Of a stretch of DNA of 64,000 nucleotides, positions 61,622 through 64,000 are shown in pieces (position 1 is the first letter of the stretch; every line of letters begins with the position of its first letter). Origin of the DNA: an uncultured Chloroflexia bacterium (GTDB taxonomy: Bacteria > Chloroflexota > Anaerolineae > JAAYZQ01). Position numbers and translations under genes: made by a program. The DNA is taken from NCBI GenBank assembly GCA_963700285.1, contig CAVOXA010000001.1, positions 64,001-128,000 of the forward strand, given 5' to 3'. Under the pieces are notes generated by a model. That model saw only the letters and a list, made by a program, of their open reading frames with translations. It was not told where the DNA came from and did not search any database.

Positions 61622-61628
61622 GAAACGT

Positions 61629-61657
61629 TTGACGGCTTGCCCGATCCTCACTATACT
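61629..61657 (+). promoter_or_regulatory. Sigma70-type promoter
   Basis: TTGACG-17 nt-TATACT. Confidence 0.7.
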
Positions 61658-61709
61658 GTGCCTGCGCCACTCAGGCGCGCGACATCAGAGCCAGGAAAGT
61701 GAGATTGCT

Positions 61710-62537
61710 ATGAGCTTGAAACGAGACGAGAGCGGCCGGCTTCACATCGACACGCCGCTGATGGCCGAGTCGTTGATGGACAAGAAACTATTGCGAGATA
61801 CCGAGACCGAGACAGTCTTTCGCCCGCTACCGGACCTGAACGTGGTCAAGCTGGGCGGACAGAGCATCATCGACCGGGGGCGGAGCGTGGTACTGCCTTT
61901 GCTGGACGAGATCGTAGCTACTCGGGCTGAGCATCCGCTGTTGATCATGACGGGCGGGGGAACCCGCAGCCGCCATGCCTATGCCATCGCCCTGGATCTG
62001 GACATGCCCACCGGCGTGCTGGCCAAGCTGGGCGCCAGCATTAGCGAGCAGAACGCGTTGATGCTCTCGATCCTTTTGGCGCCGCACGGCGGGATCAAGA
62101 TCGGCCATGACGATGTGGTCAAGCTACCGGCCTATCTGGCCATGGGCATCATTCCCGTGATGCACGCCATGCCACCCTACAGCCTGTGGGAGGAGCCGGC
62201 AGAGCAGGGGCGCATTCCGCCGCACCGCACCGATTCCGGAGCTTTTCTTACCGCCGAGGTGATCGGCGCCCGGCGCTGCATTCTAGTCAAAGATGAGCCG
62301 GGGCTGTTCACCGCTGATCCCAAGAAGGATCCAGATGCCAACTTTATCTCAGAGGTTGAGGTGGGCGAACTGCTGGCCATGGATCTGCCCGATCTGCCTG
62401 TGGAGCGAGCAATGCTGCGCGCCCTGTCGGGCGCGCGCAGCGTGCACGAGGTGCTGCTGGTCAATGGCCGGGAGCCAGGCCAGTTGACCCGTGTACTGGC
62501 CGGGGAGAATCCCGGGACGCGCATTTACCGGGCTTGA
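61710..62537 (+). CDS. Molybdenum storage protein-like (amino-acid/uridylate kinase fold)
   Basis: LMAESL, VVKLGGQSIIDRG, GGGTRSRH, MPPYSLWE, IPPHRTDSG, LFTADPK. Confidence 0.82.
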   Translation: MSLKRDESGRLHIDTPLMAESLMDKKLLRDTETETVFRPLPDLNVVKLGGQSIIDRGRSVVLPLLDEIVATRAEHPLLIMTGGGTRSRHAYAIALDLDMPTGVLAKLGASISEQNALMLSILLAPHGGIKIGHDDVVKLPAYLAMGIIPVMHAMPPYSLWEEPAEQGRIPPHRTDSGAFLTAEVIGARRCILVKDEPGLFTADPKKDPDANFISEVEVGELLAMDLPDLPVERAMLRALSGARSVHEVLLVNGREPGQLTRVLAGENPGTRIYRA

Positions 62538-62579
62538 TGCCAGTTGGGCAAGGCCCGGTGTTGGCTGTTGCCGGTCAAG

Positions 62580-62912
62580 CTACTTGCGACCAGCGCGGCG
62601 AGGGCCGCGCGGCCGTGGGGGCTGCACGGTAAAGCTGCCGCCCTCGATCTGCAAGGCACGTCCTTCAACCAGCGCCTGGGCGACCTGGCGGCGGGCCTGG
62701 GCGACGATACGCTGAAAGGTGGAGCGAGAGATGGCCATCTGGGCCGCCGCCTCCGCCTGGGTGAGGCCTTCCAGGTCTGCCAGGCGGAGTGCTTCCAGCT
62801 CTTCGTAGAGCAGGTTGAGGCGCGTCAGCTCGTTCAGCGGTACGCCAGCCGGCTTGTAGATGGCTGGCCGGGGCCGATTCTCCAGGGAACGCTGCTTGCG
62901 GGGACGAGGCAT
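62580..62912 (-). CDS. DUF134 family DNA-binding protein
   Basis: MPRPRK.R, YKPAGVP, EELEALRLADLEGL.Q..AA..M.ISR.TF. Confidence 0.88.
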   Translation of the reverse strand: MPRPRKQRSLENRPRPAIYKPAGVPLNELTRLNLLYEELEALRLADLEGLTQAEAAAQMAISRSTFQRIVAQARRQVAQALVEGRALQIEGGSFTVQPPRPRGPRRAGRK

Positions 62913-62914
62913 GC

Positions 62915-63163
62915 CTAGCCTTTGTCCTTCTTTCGGCGACGCCGCCCCCGGCCGCCTTCGCCTTCAGGCTCATGGCCCTCTTCGCCGCGGGGCAGGTATA
63001 CGATCTCGGCACCAACTTCGGTGGCGATCTTTTCCAGTTCTGCTCGCCGAATGCGGGTCTTGAATACTTTTAGATCGGCGCCCTGGACTGCGATGATGGC
63101 AAAGCGGGGTCGCCCGGCACCCTGGCCAACGTGGCGACGGGAACGCACAAAGATTTTGCTCAT
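62915..63163 (-). CDS. Small basic hypothetical protein co-transcribed with DUF134
   Basis: GAGGAG RBS; 2-nt gap to DUF134 start. Confidence 0.65.
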   Translation of the reverse strand: MSKIFVRSRRHVGQGAGRPRFAIIAVQGADLKVFKTRIRRAELEKIATEVGAEIVYLPRGEEGHEPEGEGGRGRRRRKKDKG

Positions 63164-63209
63164 AGGGTTCTCCTCTCGGTCCGGCGCGCAAGCGCTCGGA
63201 TGATGATAG

Positions 63210-63237
63210 ATAGTTATGGGTATTTGCCCAAAACTAT
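63210..63237. promoter_or_regulatory. Palindromic operator between divergent genes
   Basis: ATAGTTATGGGTATTTGCCCAAAACTAT imperfect inverted repeat. Confidence 0.55.
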
Positions 63238-63267
63238 TATACCCTGAAGGAAGGGGTTTGTCAAGTC

Positions 63268-63954
63268 ATGCTCTTCATTGGTTTGGATGATACAGATACA
63301 CTTGAATCCCGGGGGACTGGACATCTGGCCCGGCAGATTGCTGCTACGCTGGCCGCCGACCATACCTTGTTGGGCGTGACGCGCCACCAGTTGTTGGTGG
63401 ACCCACGCGTGCCCTGTACCAGGAACAATAGCTGCGCGGCCATCGTTCTAGATGGGGACGGTGATGTTGATATGGCTAGTCTGCTGGCTCGCGTGTGGGC
63501 GCTGATGATGGATGACTTTCAGTTGGGCAGCGATCCGGGTCTGTGCATCGCCCACACGGTGCCCGATGCCGTCACCGCATTTGGGCGCAGGGCTCAGCGC
63601 CACCTGATCGCCCAGTCTGAAGCACGAAACCTGGCTGCCGCCCATCAGATTCCTCTGTTGGGGCTGGGCGGTACGGAGGATGGCGTGATTGGCGCCCTGG
63701 CGGCCGTAGGACTGGCGGCCAGTGGTGAAGATGGCCGCTACGTCTTGGTGGGCAGCTCTCGGGAACTGAACGGCTTGCGCCCGGTGTCTGAGCTCTTGCA
63801 GGCAGGCATCGCTGTCGTGCAGACCGCGGCCGGTGAACCGGTGCTGGATGGGCTGGTTCAGACTGACAAGTTGCGACCGGCGCGGCGCGGCACCCGCCCC
63901 ATCGCCGTCGTCGAGTGGGCAGGTGACCATTGGTTGCCACTCAAGCTTGACTAG
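63268..63954 (+). CDS. TiaS N-terminal-like (DUF1743-like) protein
   Basis: IGLDDTD, RGTG, RHQL, CTRNNS, SDPGL, GVIGALAAVG. Confidence 0.7.
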   Translation: MLFIGLDDTDTLESRGTGHLARQIAATLAADHTLLGVTRHQLLVDPRVPCTRNNSCAAIVLDGDGDVDMASLLARVWALMMDDFQLGSDPGLCIAHTVPDAVTAFGRRAQRHLIAQSEARNLAAAHQIPLLGLGGTEDGVIGALAAVGLAASGEDGRYVLVGSSRELNGLRPVSELLQAGIAVVQTAAGEPVLDGLVQTDKLRPARRGTRPIAVVEWAGDHWLPLKLD

Positions 63955-64000
63955 CGTGCTCACGTCTGGTCTGGAACGGGGGTGGGGCGGTTCGTGCTGA

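Overview
High-GC chromosomal window from an anaerobic bacterium, most likely Chloroflexota/Anaerolineae (inferred from a C-terminal 'VYLPL' motif, PT-rich linkers, a GAAC-N4-GTTC LexA-type box and the repeat families). In order, it holds: the end of gcvH; a NuoE/NuoF/FdhA selenocysteine formate dehydrogenase operon with a structured leader; a CLC channel; the tuf-rpmG-secE-nusG-rplKAJL cluster with four tRNAs; trpS-lepA; a LysM/Zn-ribbon/membrane-protein/radical SAM-SPASM operon whose membrane protein ends in CACACACAGCACACAGGGR; typA; a small phage-like replication/recombinase remnant; IS and AbiE remnants; an S8 protease; a secreted repeat protein; a Rab-like GTPase/longin-like/histidine kinase module with a NUDIX gene containing an in-frame UGA; cydDC; and a roughly 11 kb Moco-riboswitch-led locus. 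That last locus combines an ECF transporter, repeated Cys-less molybdopterin-binding-fold domains, a diheme protein, a pyrophosphatase-family lipoprotein, TupBCA and a Mo-storage-like protein. It is the best candidate for an undescribed system (Mo/W-cofactor salvage), followed by the radical SAM/Cys-tail operon. Frameshifts in trpS, lepA, typA, fdhA and tupA look like sequencing or assembly indels. All family assignments come from motif recognition by eye, with no database searches.
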